Shown here: piece by piece, positions 1-10,105 of the stretch
How the letters are laid out: the number at the start of each line of letters is the position of its first letter
How positions within the stretch are numbered: the stretch's first letter is position 1
From: a virus
IMG/VR virus record: IMGVR_UViG_3300032006_002011
Coordinates: 1 to 64,000 of that record
DNA length: 64,000 nt
Reading direction: 5' to 3' (one strand)
Translations under genes and position numbers: made by a program
The notes under the pieces: model-generated
Told to the model about the DNA's origin: nothing
Databases searched by the model: none
What the model saw: only the letters and a program-made list of their open reading frames with translations

Positions 1-299
1 AGGATTTGTTTGGTCTCGGCCGCGGTTGTGTTGTAAACCTTCACTCGCAATCTTGCCTTGTTGGGCAATAGACTCAAGTCACTAACACACGCACCATCAC
101 GTACGGTTATAGTATAATATCCATAGTCGTTGTGAACCTCTACGTGCTTTGGTTTGCGTTCCTTCACATCCCACAACACATACCCATGACCACGTGGGAG
201 TTCTCCGTGGTTTTGCTGAATCATGCTACCCGAGTAAACTACAACCGGTTTACTTGGATTGAGTCTTCGTATCTTTACGTATTTTTCTTTAGTTTCCAT
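1..299 (-). CDS. C-terminal part of SbcD/Mre11-type nuclease (partial, runs off the window; may continue into an SbcC/Rad50-like ATPase)
   Basis: Not in the ORF track. Manual translation from ATG 299: METKEKYVKIRRLNPSKPVVVYSGSMIQQNHGELPRGHGYVLWDVKERKPKHVEVHNDYGYYTITVRDG...; YxGS is the motif that follows GxxH in SbcD/Mre11; frame is open to position 1. Confidence 0.8.
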   Translation of the reverse strand, partial: METKEKYVKIRRLNPSKPVVVYSGSMIQQNHGELPRGHGYVLWDVKERKPKHVEVHNDYGYYTITVRDGACVSDLSLLPNKARLRVKVYNTTAAETKQI

Positions 300-1224
300 C
301 AAGTGCTATTCTTAAAATTTCCTCACCAACTTGGGCATCCGTTAAAAATGGATTTAACTCAACATGACCACCTTCTGGAAAATAAACATTTGGACCCAAA
401 AATGGTTTACGAGTTTCCAGACTATTTGTGTCACCTCCATTTTGTTGCCACCCAATTCCCTTTGGGCCGAACAGCTGATAGATATAGTCGGTGGTTATTA
501 TTGTCTTTGTACCGAGTGCCGATGAAACATTTGTAAGGCATCCTTCACCCCCAATAACATAATCACAATTCTTCATCAAACTTGCAGTAAATGAAAATTT
601 GCTAGTTGAATTCAAACAAGGATAATTCTTTGAAACCTTCTCATCAATACCCAATGCAAACAACATAATTTTTGGGGAAATCTCCAGGCAGTTAATTATG
701 TCAAATACATTTCGTTTTCCACTTCCGTACCCAGTTCCATCTTCTCCACCCTCCGCACGATAATATTCCTCTTCAGTAAACAGAAAACTTTTTCTGTCCC
801 AATCCGATTGGTATCCTATTTTAATCAAGTCATCGTCCCAATCACCAATTTGCGTCAACTCCTCCATACTTCTTTGTATAGAATAATCGAGTTGAGGATT
901 TGTAAAAACTTCAAAGGTATCATTGAAATTTTCAATTCCACACATTCGTTGAAACTGAGAAACTGCTGACTCATACGGACTTAATGTAGACACATCATCA
1001 TTCATCAATTGATATACTACATCATAATCTACATTTGCCGTTTCCTTGTAATACACTCCGTCTATATAAGGATTGTTGATAAGCAACTCCATAGGTTGCA
1101 AATAATTGACGTCATAATGAACAATGCAATTTGGATTCCGTTCTTTAAGTTTCTTTGCGACACTGCTTGAAAAAATCACATCACCTATGTGGATGTTCCG
1201 ACATCTTATCAGAATATTAGTCAT
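289..1224 (-). CDS. Glycosyltransferase family 9-like (heptosyltransferase-like, GT-B fold)
   Basis: HIGDVIFSSSVAKKLK...ELLINNPYID N-terminal motif and C-terminal TASLMKNCDYVIGGEG...SALGTKTI; start reassigned to ATG 1224, which overlaps the upstream stop. Confidence 0.75.
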   Translation of the reverse strand: MTNILIRCRNIHIGDVIFSSSVAKKLKERNPNCIVHYDVNYLQPMELLINNPYIDGVYYKETANVDYDVVYQLMNDDVSTLSPYESAVSQFQRMCGIENFNDTFEVFTNPQLDYSIQRSMEELTQIGDWDDDLIKIGYQSDWDRKSFLFTEEEYYRAEGGEDGTGYGSGKRNVFDIINCLEISPKIMLFALGIDEKVSKNYPCLNSTSKFSFTASLMKNCDYVIGGEGCLTNVSSALGTKTIITTDYIYQLFGPKGIGWQQNGGDTNSLETRKPFLGPNVYFPEGGHVELNPFLTDAQVGEEILRIALDGN

Positions 1225-1921
1225 CACACACCTCCCATCCGTCAAGTACATACTTATCTGCCTTAGATTCAGGAACAAACAATGCTTCCGTATGATATTC
1301 TTGTAAGATTTGGTGTTTGTGAATATCACCCAACATCACCATGTCATACCCATCAAACATATACATCGGCACATCACCACCGACAATAATGTAACCCACG
1401 TCAGTTCTGCTTCTTTTAATTGCCCCATGATAAACTGCAACCTTTGTTGAAATTGATTTGTCGGTTATATCCTTTCCTCTGACATATTCACTTGGATCTT
1501 CAAATATACCGAACACACTAATTGCCACGTCACCAATTTTATAAACCCCAGTATCTCTTAAATAAAACAGATTGTCATTATCAAGCATATCAACGATTGG
1601 GGTCAATACATCCAATCTATCTGGATTGTTCAAGTTGCAATCGTGGTTTCCGGCAATTAATATTGTTGGATGTATTTCAGCACATTTATTAAAGAAGTCT
1701 GCAATCTCCGAAATGAGTTCAGGACTCATCTCCGTTTTTGCATGGGCAACATCACCACCAATAAAAATTATTGCGTTTTCAAGTGCATCATCTTCTAACT
1801 GCTTGTAAAAGTTTTCAAATACACTTCGGTATTCTTTATGACGCTTTACGTTTCTTAGGTGAATATCCGATACATGATAAATCTTTTCAACTTTTTTTAT
1901 CTTCGTGTCTAACTCATGCAT
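1217..1921 (-). CDS. SbcD/Mre11-type metallophosphoesterase nuclease, N-terminal part
   Basis: SDIH, GGD, GNHD, YHG and LGDIH phosphoesterase motifs; located next to the primase. Confidence 0.85.
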   Translation of the reverse strand: MHELDTKIKKVEKIYHVSDIHLRNVKRHKEYRSVFENFYKQLEDDALENAIIFIGGDVAHAKTEMSPELISEIADFFNKCAEIHPTILIAGNHDCNLNNPDRLDVLTPIVDMLDNDNLFYLRDTGVYKIGDVAISVFGIFEDPSEYVRGKDITDKSISTKVAVYHGAIKRSRTDVGYIIVGGDVPMYMFDGYDMVMLGDIHKHQILQEYHTEALFVPESKADKYVLDGWEVCDD

Positions 1922-2835
1922 AATTTTTGTTTCATCAATGCGTCAAATCCCATCACGGGGGTATTCCGAAGTTTTTCCACCATTCCTCGGAATCCGACGT
2001 CGGCGGCATCTTCGTTTCCCATTTTAACGAATCGCACCTTGATGTCCTCATTTAACAATGTTTCTGTAATTGCTACTGCATTTTTAATGGCATCTTCGTC
2101 AAGAACCACATAAACTTCAGAAACTTTGTTTTCAATCATTTTAATTTTCAATTTACTTGGGATATTTTTACCCAACAAAGCAATTGCGTTTCTCCGTATC
2201 GCAATCGCATCAAAAACTCCTTCACATAGCACAATGGGTTCGGAAAAATCTATTTGATTCTCAAACACCACTACATCTTTGCTGACTGGTGGATTTTTAT
2301 ATTTCAAATAAGCAGTTCCTGTAAAATCTCTTGCAATAAAATAATTTAATTTATTATCCCCATCAAATGACGGAACAATAATTCTACCCGCATAATCACC
2401 GTCAGAACAATATCCTATATCATATCTTTCAATATCATACGATTCAATATTTCGGTTAGATAGATAGTTCATTGCTTTTGTGTAAGAAAAATCCTTGTGT
2501 GCTTCGGTCAATCTTTTAAACTCATATGGCAATGACACATATTGTTCTTCGGTGTCTGCCAATTTCGTATTCTTGGGAAGTTTTACAATCTTCGATAATT
2601 CTGCAAAATAATTGGCAGGTACCTGCAACCTCTTAAACAATGCAAAGATGCTTCTTCCCTTTGCGTTGGTATCAATCCAACTCTGCCATCTCTGTGTGGT
2701 GAGATTTACTGCCAACTTAGGTTTTCTGTGATGTGAGAACGGACACATAAACATTGCCTCATCTTTTGAGACAATCTTACCTTCACCTAAAACTTTTTGT
2801 AATAAGGTAAGCAATTTCTGTTCGGAAATCCCCAT
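1909..2835 (-). CDS. DNA primase (Zn-binding plus TOPRIM domains)
   Basis: CPFSHH N-terminal motif, RIIVP, KYKNP, LCEGVFDAIA, LDEDA. Confidence 0.9.
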   Translation of the reverse strand: MGISEQKLLTLLQKVLGEGKIVSKDEAMFMCPFSHHRKPKLAVNLTTQRWQSWIDTNAKGRSIFALFKRLQVPANYFAELSKIVKLPKNTKLADTEEQYVSLPYEFKRLTEAHKDFSYTKAMNYLSNRNIESYDIERYDIGYCSDGDYAGRIIVPSFDGDNKLNYFIARDFTGTAYLKYKNPPVSKDVVVFENQIDFSEPIVLCEGVFDAIAIRRNAIALLGKNIPSKLKIKMIENKVSEVYVVLDEDAIKNAVAITETLLNEDIKVRFVKMGNEDAADVGFRGMVEKLRNTPVMGFDALMKQKLCMS

Positions 2836-2838
2836 TTG

Positions 2839-3360
2839 CTACTTATACCAGTGATAAAGAGATGCTACGGTTGCATCCAACATATCATAGTTCTTTTTAT
2901 CATAATTATTTCTACTATTATAGACGATAAACTTAGATAAATCAATCTTTTTCTCAAGTTGTTCACGTACGAATTGTTTACTATCCACTCCCTTTTCACG
3001 ACTTTTGCCAAAAACACCCTTTCTAAGAGTTGATACGTTTACATGCGTAATCTCGGTTTCAAATATTGCTTCAGTTACATAACTTACTACCGCATTGCAC
3101 TTTGCGAGTTTCACGATAGTTTGCTGACTAGTTCTTCCCCCACCAAATCCACTTAAACTATCCTCAACAATAATAACACCCGGAGTTCCTTCCAAGTCCT
3201 CAAGAACCCTTGCAACTTTATGTGCCTTGTCCCGTATAGTAGTTTCCTTGTGAATATCAATATAACCCGCTTCGGTTATTTTTTTCTTGGAGGTGGACAT
3301 ACAATATCCAACAACCGTTGAACTTATATCCAATCCCAAACAATAGGATTTTTTATGCAT
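2839..3360 (-). CDS. RuvC-like Holliday junction resolvase
   Basis: LGLDISSTVVGY, IIVED and C-terminal DMLDA acidic pattern of the RNase H/RuvC fold. Confidence 0.8.
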   Translation of the reverse strand: MHKKSYCLGLDISSTVVGYCMSTSKKKITEAGYIDIHKETTIRDKAHKVARVLEDLEGTPGVIIVEDSLSGFGGGRTSQQTIVKLAKCNAVVSYVTEAIFETEITHVNVSTLRKGVFGKSREKGVDSKQFVREQLEKKIDLSKFIVYNSRNNYDKKNYDMLDATVASLYHWYK

Positions 3361-3368
3361 AACTTATT

Positions 3369-3397
3369 ATGTTATGCCAAATATATGAATTTTGCAA
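3369..3397 (-). promoter_or_regulatory. sigma70-type promoter for the resolvase-primase-nuclease operon
   Basis: TTGCAA-N17-TAACAT, 8 nt before ATG 3360. Confidence 0.55.
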
Positions 3398-3406
3398 GTA
3401 AGAAAC

Positions 3407-3841
3407 TTAACTGTTTGCGGATGTATTCGTGCGGAGGCCTTGGTTAAGACCATTAATTGCCTTTGAATCACCATACTTGTCTGCTTTCATGTAATTACGA
3501 TAAACACTCTTATCCGCAGCGGTTGACTTACCATTTGCAGTTCCTTCGTAATCAGATTCACCCATTGCTTGCTTTCCACAAACGAAACCTCTATTCTGAA
3601 TTTGTGGTGAAGCGGCCGCATTAAACTTACGAACGGTCGAACCATATCCAAAATAATCAGCCGCAACTCTATCTTCCTTCAAACCTGTGCTTGGGATTCC
3701 AGGAGCTCCTTTACCCGTTGGTGATGGTGCTGATTCTCTATAAACAGAGTTATACTGCTCTAACCTATCCAATAAATTGGTGTTAAGTGATGCTCTGCTT
3801 GTTTCGTTTTTAAATTCTGTCTTAGGTTGTGGTTTTGCCAT
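3407..3841 (-). CDS. Hypothetical protein
   Basis: 144-aa ORF with a strong SD (AAGGAG) and an upstream ATATTTAT motif. Confidence 0.7.
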   Translation of the reverse strand: MAKPQPKTEFKNETSRASLNTNLLDRLEQYNSVYRESAPSPTGKGAPGIPSTGLKEDRVAADYFGYGSTVRKFNAAASPQIQNRGFVCGKQAMGESDYEGTANGKSTAADKSVYRNYMKADKYGDSKAINGLNQGLRTNTSANS

Positions 3842-3891
3842 AATCTTCTCTCCTTAAAGGTTTGTTATTAATAAATATAATGTAATTTTGT

Positions 3892-6800
3892 TTAAGTGTC
3901 ATATTTCACCAAAAAATTAATTGGGTAGTTGGGAACTATCTTCACGGGTTTGCTTAACTTGGCAACCATTACCAAATCTAACCCACTGTATAATCCAACC
4001 GTGGTTACATACGGTGCCAGATAACTGCCCAATTGATCTTTTGCATCGTTCTCGCGATAGTCCACGAAATCTTGCAGTATTTCAATACCACGATTTTTAC
4101 CAGTTCTATCGTCCAAAAATTCTATTATTTGATACGCAACGGAACGTGTTTGTTTTATCGTTGCATTAGTAAACGTATCTATCAACCCATCAGTCAAATC
4201 TGTTCCGGTTCTGCCCACAAAATACCTAACAAGAAGTTTAGCATCCATGTGACTAACAACTCCGTCACCGTCTATATCAAGCAACCCACGTTCCTCCAAA
4301 GACTCCAACCTAGAAAGTATCAACTTATATTCATTTGCAGTAACCGTTCCTTCGGTTGAACGCAAAAGAACATTCATTAATACCACATCCTCCGACTCGG
4401 TTAAAACCAAATCATCATTTGGCCAACGAGTATTATTACCTTCCTCCATCTTAATGCCCGGAGCATAATCACCACCCGATGGAATTGTTAAAATCTGACC
4501 TACATATAAAGTCTCAGAACCAATTCCCGCATTGGCAGTTTGGATGGCATCCACAGTTACACCCGTAAACTTAGCAACTGACTGAATTGACTGAACTGAT
4601 CTAACAATGTGAACATAACCCGAAGAAAAGATCAGTTCGTCCCCAGGAACAATCGTATCATCGTACCTTAATTTATTACCAACAACCCCATTCGAATAAC
4701 TACGAATATCCAAAAATCCAAATGAAGACTCTACGGGTATCTTGCTTCGGGCATCTATATCATTTTTAGATGGATATGGTATGCCGTATTCTCTGCATAT
4801 TGTCTCCAATGTTTCCGAACCTACTACATATGTTTCCTTCGTATCATGTTTAATCTCCACCAGAGAACCTATCATATAACGATATATGTAAGCAAGATCC
4901 GTAATATCAAATTTCTTATCTACATTTACATCATAGTCAATATCGTCAAAAACAACAGATGTTGGATTCGTACTAACATTAAATTCGGAAGGTGAAACCG
5001 AACATAATATCTCATTCTCATATATTGCGTGTGTTCCACGATATGATACCTCAAATCCACTATCGGATGTTCCCGAAAACATATTTGAAAAATAATCAGA
5101 AGTATTCGTTATAACTGCTATTCCGTTCTTATAAAAAACATTTCCAACATAAACTCTCGATTGATCTCGTATTGATGCAACATCGTAGGCCAAGACTTTT
5201 CCTGCTATATCAATATCCATATTAGATAATCTACCCCATGCAATATCTCCATATTCGGAGTATATGGTAGAGCATTGCTCAAATAAACCTATATCCGCAC
5301 CCTCAAATGCCTCTACACCAGAGAGTGGAAAGTTTCCCATAATTGGACACCCTACATAGATATAATCAGAACTTAGTGTCACCGCAGTTCCATATTGATG
5401 CCTCACCCTGTGCGGATATTTATTCGTCTTTACGTTTGCCATCTTTTCTGCACCATCGGAGCCTATACGATAATAGTAAACATTTCCTTCCTCTGCACTT
5501 CGTTTTGTATAATAAACAAATTCTATGTCCTGTTCAAACCAACCGGTGGTTTCTGAGTTGTCTGCGATGTTTGTATCGACATCAACATAAAACCAAAGTT
5601 TGCCATCTTGAAACTTAGTCAAATCACGATATACTCCTCGGGTAACCGCACCCAAATTTTTTGTATATACATTAAGTCTACACCGAGAGTTTACCACTTC
5701 TCCTACATACGAAGTTCCGGATGAAATAAAATAAATCTTATTTGATGCGAGGGTTCCTGTTATTGTTACATGACCCATGAACTTATTATCTATATCATAT
5801 ATATCAATTGGAGACGGTGTGGCAGACGAATCTGTAACCACATCCGATAGCATCAATACACCGGGAGTAGTCCATACCGATGATATTATTCCTCGTTCAG
5901 TATCCGAAATCGCCACCTCAGGAGAAACTTCATATTCTCGGTGACCCCTCGGGAACTTAACCGAATGCAAAAGATTCTTATCAGTTTTAATAAAGTTTGC
6001 GGAAATCATAAACTCTGATATTAGGTCTAGATCAATAGTCATCGTATCAACTGATATTTTAACCGCAACATCGGGCATATCTCCACCCACATATATGCAC
6101 TCTGCATCTGTAAATACATTTACCTCAGATGTGTAGTATTTGTCTGATATATTCTTGGTCCCTCGTTTAAAGTCACGGACACCTACATTTTCACCACCAT
6201 CCAAAATTGAAATCTCACTTGCATCCGTACAGGGAGACCCAACTACAAAGTCCGTCCCTTTTAGTGATACACTACGGCCGTATTCACTTGAATATCTAAA
6301 CTCTTCATGTGGGTCAGAATACATCTTTTCAACAAATGAAAGTTTTCCATTTGTGGTGGAGTATACATAAGTTGCACCCGCACGATACTTGTCTTGTGTG
6401 TTGGAAGGATCGGTATACTCCCTGTCAAATGAATCACCAATAACCAGTGTATTCTCATTTGCATCCAACGATACTCCAAAGTTACCATCAACACTATAGT
6501 TATACTCATATGGATATTTCACACGTGAATTCCGTTGGGGTGTGTCATAATAAATTGGATTGATTGCCAAATTAATCCTAGATTGATGACCGACCAAAGT
6601 AGAATCTTTAGTGGTTCGGCCGAGGTATATATCATGGACTCCGTTTGTAAGTGTCAGTGCAAGTGTTCCTCCATCGATATGTGTTCCGTTGTGATTTACC
6701 AACTCTGTTTTAGATGACTCATTGAGTGGAGCATTAACACGATAAACAAACCCAGATTCGGCATCCGTGGCAGCTGCAATTGCCACCTTTATAAAAACCT

Positions 6801-9800
6801 CATTATCTTGTATTTCATAACTAATATCAGAAAATCCATCACCAAGGCCAACCGGGTCCGTATTAAAATTATATATACCATCTTTGGTTATATTATATGT
6901 GTGACGCCACCCAACTCCACAATCCGTAGGTTCATCTAACTTGCTCAACACACTACAATATTTAAATCGTGAACCCGGAGTCGTTGCATATATGGAGTTT
7001 GATGTCAACTTAACCCCCTCGCCCAGTCTACGAGAACCCGGAATCCTTATTACCTCAACCAACTCCCATGTCACATCACCCACGGCGTGAGCAGGAGACA
7101 TAGACCCATCTTCATACTCTGCATATCTCGGTGGTGGGAATCCAGTTACTGTTCCTTCGGTTGATATGGAAATTCCATCAAATGTTTCAATCTCCACCGC
7201 ATCAATGGAATCGCACGGTCCTTCTCTGTAGTCATCTGTATCAACTATATCATAAGGTGTCAATTTGCACTTGTTATCTACAATAACACCTGACTCACAT
7301 CCTACCGAACCCGATCTTTTAAAGTATATGTTCATGCTATACGGATTTCCGTAATATGTTATTGTGCCGAGAAGAATATTTCGGAAGTCATATACATCAA
7401 CCACATACGGTTGATTTCCATATTTTGTATCCGCATGAGAAAGTGATATTGTTCCGTTATATGTCCAAGATGATGACTTCACCCCCCAGTCCGAATCATC
7501 TATAACCAAGTCGGATGAAACTTCATATGTGTTAAACCCACTCTCGGTACACTCTTCTAACTCCAACTCAGGACCGGAAGTGTCCTTCAGTTGATGTCTA
7601 ATGTCGCACCTGCCCCCCTCAATTGAACCAAAAAATCTATCCCCAGTGGGAGTTGTAAAGTAAATAATGGACTGACCCGGATGACCCGAGTATGTAATGT
7701 GACCAACAAAGTTTTCATCTGCATCGTAAATATCAATTGGAAACGGTGTATTCGTAAGTGACGCATCGGATGGGGGAATTGATAGAATTCCCTCATATAA
7801 CCAACTAGACGAAACTACTCCACTATCTTGATCCCGTATCTCCGAGGTGGGTGATACTCTGTAATCATTTAAATCACTGGAAATTAATTTCCCAGACAAA
7901 GGTAACCCGTCCGATGGAGAAGATGAATCCCCCACTTTGGTCCCCGACATAACCAACTCAACAGGAAGAATGCATACGTGGTCATCAATCCTCCCATATA
8001 CACACGCAGAACTTTGGTCAGATGTTCTAAAATATAAATTCATGGATTTTGGTCGACCCGTATATGTTATGTGACCCACCAAGGTATTTGTGGAATCATA
8101 TACATCAACCGGATAAGGTGCAACTGATGTAGTCGAGTCTGAATCAGAAATTGACAATATTCCCGGTTTCATCCAGTTAGACGAAGTTACACCCGCAACT
8201 TTATCGTCTATCTTTTCGGAAAGGGACACTCGGTAGTCTGTGAACCCTGGTTCCGAACATTGATTTGGCAATATTCCTCCCGTCATTCTACACACATTAT
8301 TTTCAATAGTTCCACTTATGCAACTCGTCCCTCCCTCACCAAAAGAAAAATACAAACTCATAATCTTTGGTTTACCCGTATATGTTACATGGCCAAGGAA
8401 ATTATCCGATGAATCATATACGTCAACCGGATATGGGGATGAAGATTCTGACTGGTCTGCTGGGGAAGTTGCCAATATACCACTCATTGCCCACCCAGAT
8501 GTGGTTACTCCATTATCTTGATCTGATATGGGTCTGTCTGTAGAAATATCATATTGAATTAAACCCACCTCTGTACATCTCTTATACAATAGTTCACTAT
8601 CATCTCTATAAAAATGATTTAAGGTATCTGCGTTGGGTACAAGACTTGTAATGTTCCATTTAGAAATCCACTTATTATTTTTCTCAAGTATGTCACCCGA
8701 TGGTTTGCCTACATATACACCCTCACTATCAGACCACACATAATCATCATGCGAGTCAGAAATTCTCTTCCACGGATGATTTTCCGTTCGTACTCCCCGT
8801 TTAAACAAATATATCGCACCTTCGGACTTATTATGACCAGGTGCACCAACTGCCATATAATTTCCTTTTACTGACACCGAAGCACCAAACTCCGTTCCCG
8901 GTTCTCCCTCCAATACATTAACCAACCCCCAGTGGTCTGCACCTCCCTTTTCCTTATCATATACAAACACATGGCCAGTTGTACCGTTTTTACTACACAT
9001 TCCTCTGATGTGTGATTTTGAAGATCCTATTACACAGGTATTATGATTTAATTCAATCGCATCACCGAAATTATCATTTACGGAGTAATCTTCATTTACA
9101 AGAAGTCCCTCAAGTTCCGTCATCAAAAACCCCGTATTATCATTCTGTAATTCAATTGATAATCCGTTTTGCGTAAATGGATTTGTGAATTGTCGCAATA
9201 TCCTAAACTCACCCGTTTCATCATCCAACTTATACATAATTGCACGACCACTGTTTACTTCAGTTGGTGCATCTTCCATGACAGGTTGACCCGATAAAAA
9301 ATATTTTCCAGCAGATGCAAGTTTATACCCAAACGTTAAATCATTAAAATCAAATATCTTATTATTTTTATCAATCTTAGTAACACCAGATACACTACCC
9401 GACACTTCTTTAATCTCATTAAAAGACGATGTACTAATTACAAGATTTGTCGCACCATCATCTACAATTTCCAAAACTCCATAGGGAGAACTATAATCTC
9501 TAATTCTAAATTCACCTGGTTTGATTTTTTCTCCCATCTGCGAAGAATCAAACTGAACCACTATTATATCGTCCGAAATAAATCTTCGTTCATATTGACT
9601 GGGAGATTCTTTGTTAAATATCTGATTTTCCTCTTTGGACTGCATCATATAATTACCGGTCTCTGACCCAAATACCATTAGTGGGTTTTTAACATTACTA
9701 CCCGTGGCACTCATGGACGGACTGACACCATAATCATTATAGAACAAGTGTTTTATTGAATTATAGACCACGCGTTGGTATGTCCCATCTGGATTGGTGA

Positions 9801-10074
9801 ATTCGTGGGAAGAATCGTGCAGTTTATGACCCGTAGGATAAAATGTATCAGACGCATCGTATCGTTTTCCCCGACTAACTTTCAATGAAGTAGTTCTCTT
9901 CGATTGCTCGGGTGCAAGGATTGTTTGTTCGTCTATAAATAATGACAAGGGACCGGTTGAACTTTCCTGTTCAAGCAAAATTTCATCAGTAGAAGTTATG
10001 TTATCATAATTCCACTTTTTATGAGTTTTGAATCTCCTAACCGATTTGTCAGAAACTTTCAACGGCTTTATCAT
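3892..10074 (-). CDS. Large virion (tail/baseplate) protein with FG-GAP repeats, internal ~95-aa repeats, LysM and dockerin/EF-hand-like motifs
   Basis: FG-GAP-like FGASVSVKGNYMAVGAPG; LysM-like HIVRSVQSIQSVAKFTGVTVDAIQTAN...LYVGQILTIP; DVNVDKKFDITD and DIDGDGVVSHMD loops; C-terminal PYVTTVGLY...VAKLSKP shared with the next gene. Confidence 0.75.
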   Translation of the reverse strand: MIKPLKVSDKSVRRFKTHKKWNYDNITSTDEILLEQESSTGPLSLFIDEQTILAPEQSKRTTSLKVSRGKRYDASDTFYPTGHKLHDSSHEFTNPDGTYQRVVYNSIKHLFYNDYGVSPSMSATGSNVKNPLMVFGSETGNYMMQSKEENQIFNKESPSQYERRFISDDIIVVQFDSSQMGEKIKPGEFRIRDYSSPYGVLEIVDDGATNLVISTSSFNEIKEVSGSVSGVTKIDKNNKIFDFNDLTFGYKLASAGKYFLSGQPVMEDAPTEVNSGRAIMYKLDDETGEFRILRQFTNPFTQNGLSIELQNDNTGFLMTELEGLLVNEDYSVNDNFGDAIELNHNTCVIGSSKSHIRGMCSKNGTTGHVFVYDKEKGGADHWGLVNVLEGEPGTEFGASVSVKGNYMAVGAPGHNKSEGAIYLFKRGVRTENHPWKRISDSHDDYVWSDSEGVYVGKPSGDILEKNNKWISKWNITSLVPNADTLNHFYRDDSELLYKRCTEVGLIQYDISTDRPISDQDNGVTTSGWAMSGILATSPADQSESSSPYPVDVYDSSDNFLGHVTYTGKPKIMSLYFSFGEGGTSCISGTIENNVCRMTGGILPNQCSEPGFTDYRVSLSEKIDDKVAGVTSSNWMKPGILSISDSDSTTSVAPYPVDVYDSTNTLVGHITYTGRPKSMNLYFRTSDQSSACVYGRIDDHVCILPVELVMSGTKVGDSSSPSDGLPLSGKLISSDLNDYRVSPTSEIRDQDSGVVSSSWLYEGILSIPPSDASLTNTPFPIDIYDADENFVGHITYSGHPGQSIIYFTTPTGDRFFGSIEGGRCDIRHQLKDTSGPELELEECTESGFNTYEVSSDLVIDDSDWGVKSSSWTYNGTISLSHADTKYGNQPYVVDVYDFRNILLGTITYYGNPYSMNIYFKRSGSVGCESGVIVDNKCKLTPYDIVDTDDYREGPCDSIDAVEIETFDGISISTEGTVTGFPPPRYAEYEDGSMSPAHAVGDVTWELVEVIRIPGSRRLGEGVKLTSNSIYATTPGSRFKYCSVLSKLDEPTDCGVGWRHTYNITKDGIYNFNTDPVGLGDGFSDISYEIQDNEVFIKVAIAAATDAESGFVYRVNAPLNESSKTELVNHNGTHIDGGTLALTLTNGVHDIYLGRTTKDSTLVGHQSRINLAINPIYYDTPQRNSRVKYPYEYNYSVDGNFGVSLDANENTLVIGDSFDREYTDPSNTQDKYRAGATYVYSTTNGKLSFVEKMYSDPHEEFRYSSEYGRSVSLKGTDFVVGSPCTDASEISILDGGENVGVRDFKRGTKNISDKYYTSEVNVFTDAECIYVGGDMPDVAVKISVDTMTIDLDLISEFMISANFIKTDKNLLHSVKFPRGHREYEVSPEVAISDTERGIISSVWTTPGVLMLSDVVTDSSATPSPIDIYDIDNKFMGHVTITGTLASNKIYFISSGTSYVGEVVNSRCRLNVYTKNLGAVTRGVYRDLTKFQDGKLWFYVDVDTNIADNSETTGWFEQDIEFVYYTKRSAEEGNVYYYRIGSDGAEKMANVKTNKYPHRVRHQYGTAVTLSSDYIYVGCPIMGNFPLSGVEAFEGADIGLFEQCSTIYSEYGDIAWGRLSNMDIDIAGKVLAYDVASIRDQSRVYVGNVFYKNGIAVITNTSDYFSNMFSGTSDSGFEVSYRGTHAIYENEILCSVSPSEFNVSTNPTSVVFDDIDYDVNVDKKFDITDLAYIYRYMIGSLVEIKHDTKETYVVGSETLETICREYGIPYPSKNDIDARSKIPVESSFGFLDIRSYSNGVVGNKLRYDDTIVPGDELIFSSGYVHIVRSVQSIQSVAKFTGVTVDAIQTANAGIGSETLYVGQILTIPSGGDYAPGIKMEEGNNTRWPNDDLVLTESEDVVLMNVLLRSTEGTVTANEYKLILSRLESLEERGLLDIDGDGVVSHMDAKLLVRYFVGRTGTDLTDGLIDTFTNATIKQTRSVAYQIIEFLDDRTGKNRGIEILQDFVDYRENDAKDQLGSYLAPYVTTVGLYSGLDLVMVAKLSKPVKIVPNYPINFLVKYDT

Positions 10075-10105
10075 GGATATAAATATATTTTATCCAGGAT
10101 ATTTA

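Noticed and set aside
235-1310. Split intein, intron or ribosomal hop rejoining the SbcD halves
   Set aside because: No N-terminal Cys/Ser intein block or His-Asn-Cys/Ser end; the tails are too short; the gap is wholly filled by a GT ORF with no room for a ribozyme core; over 900 nt is too long for a hop
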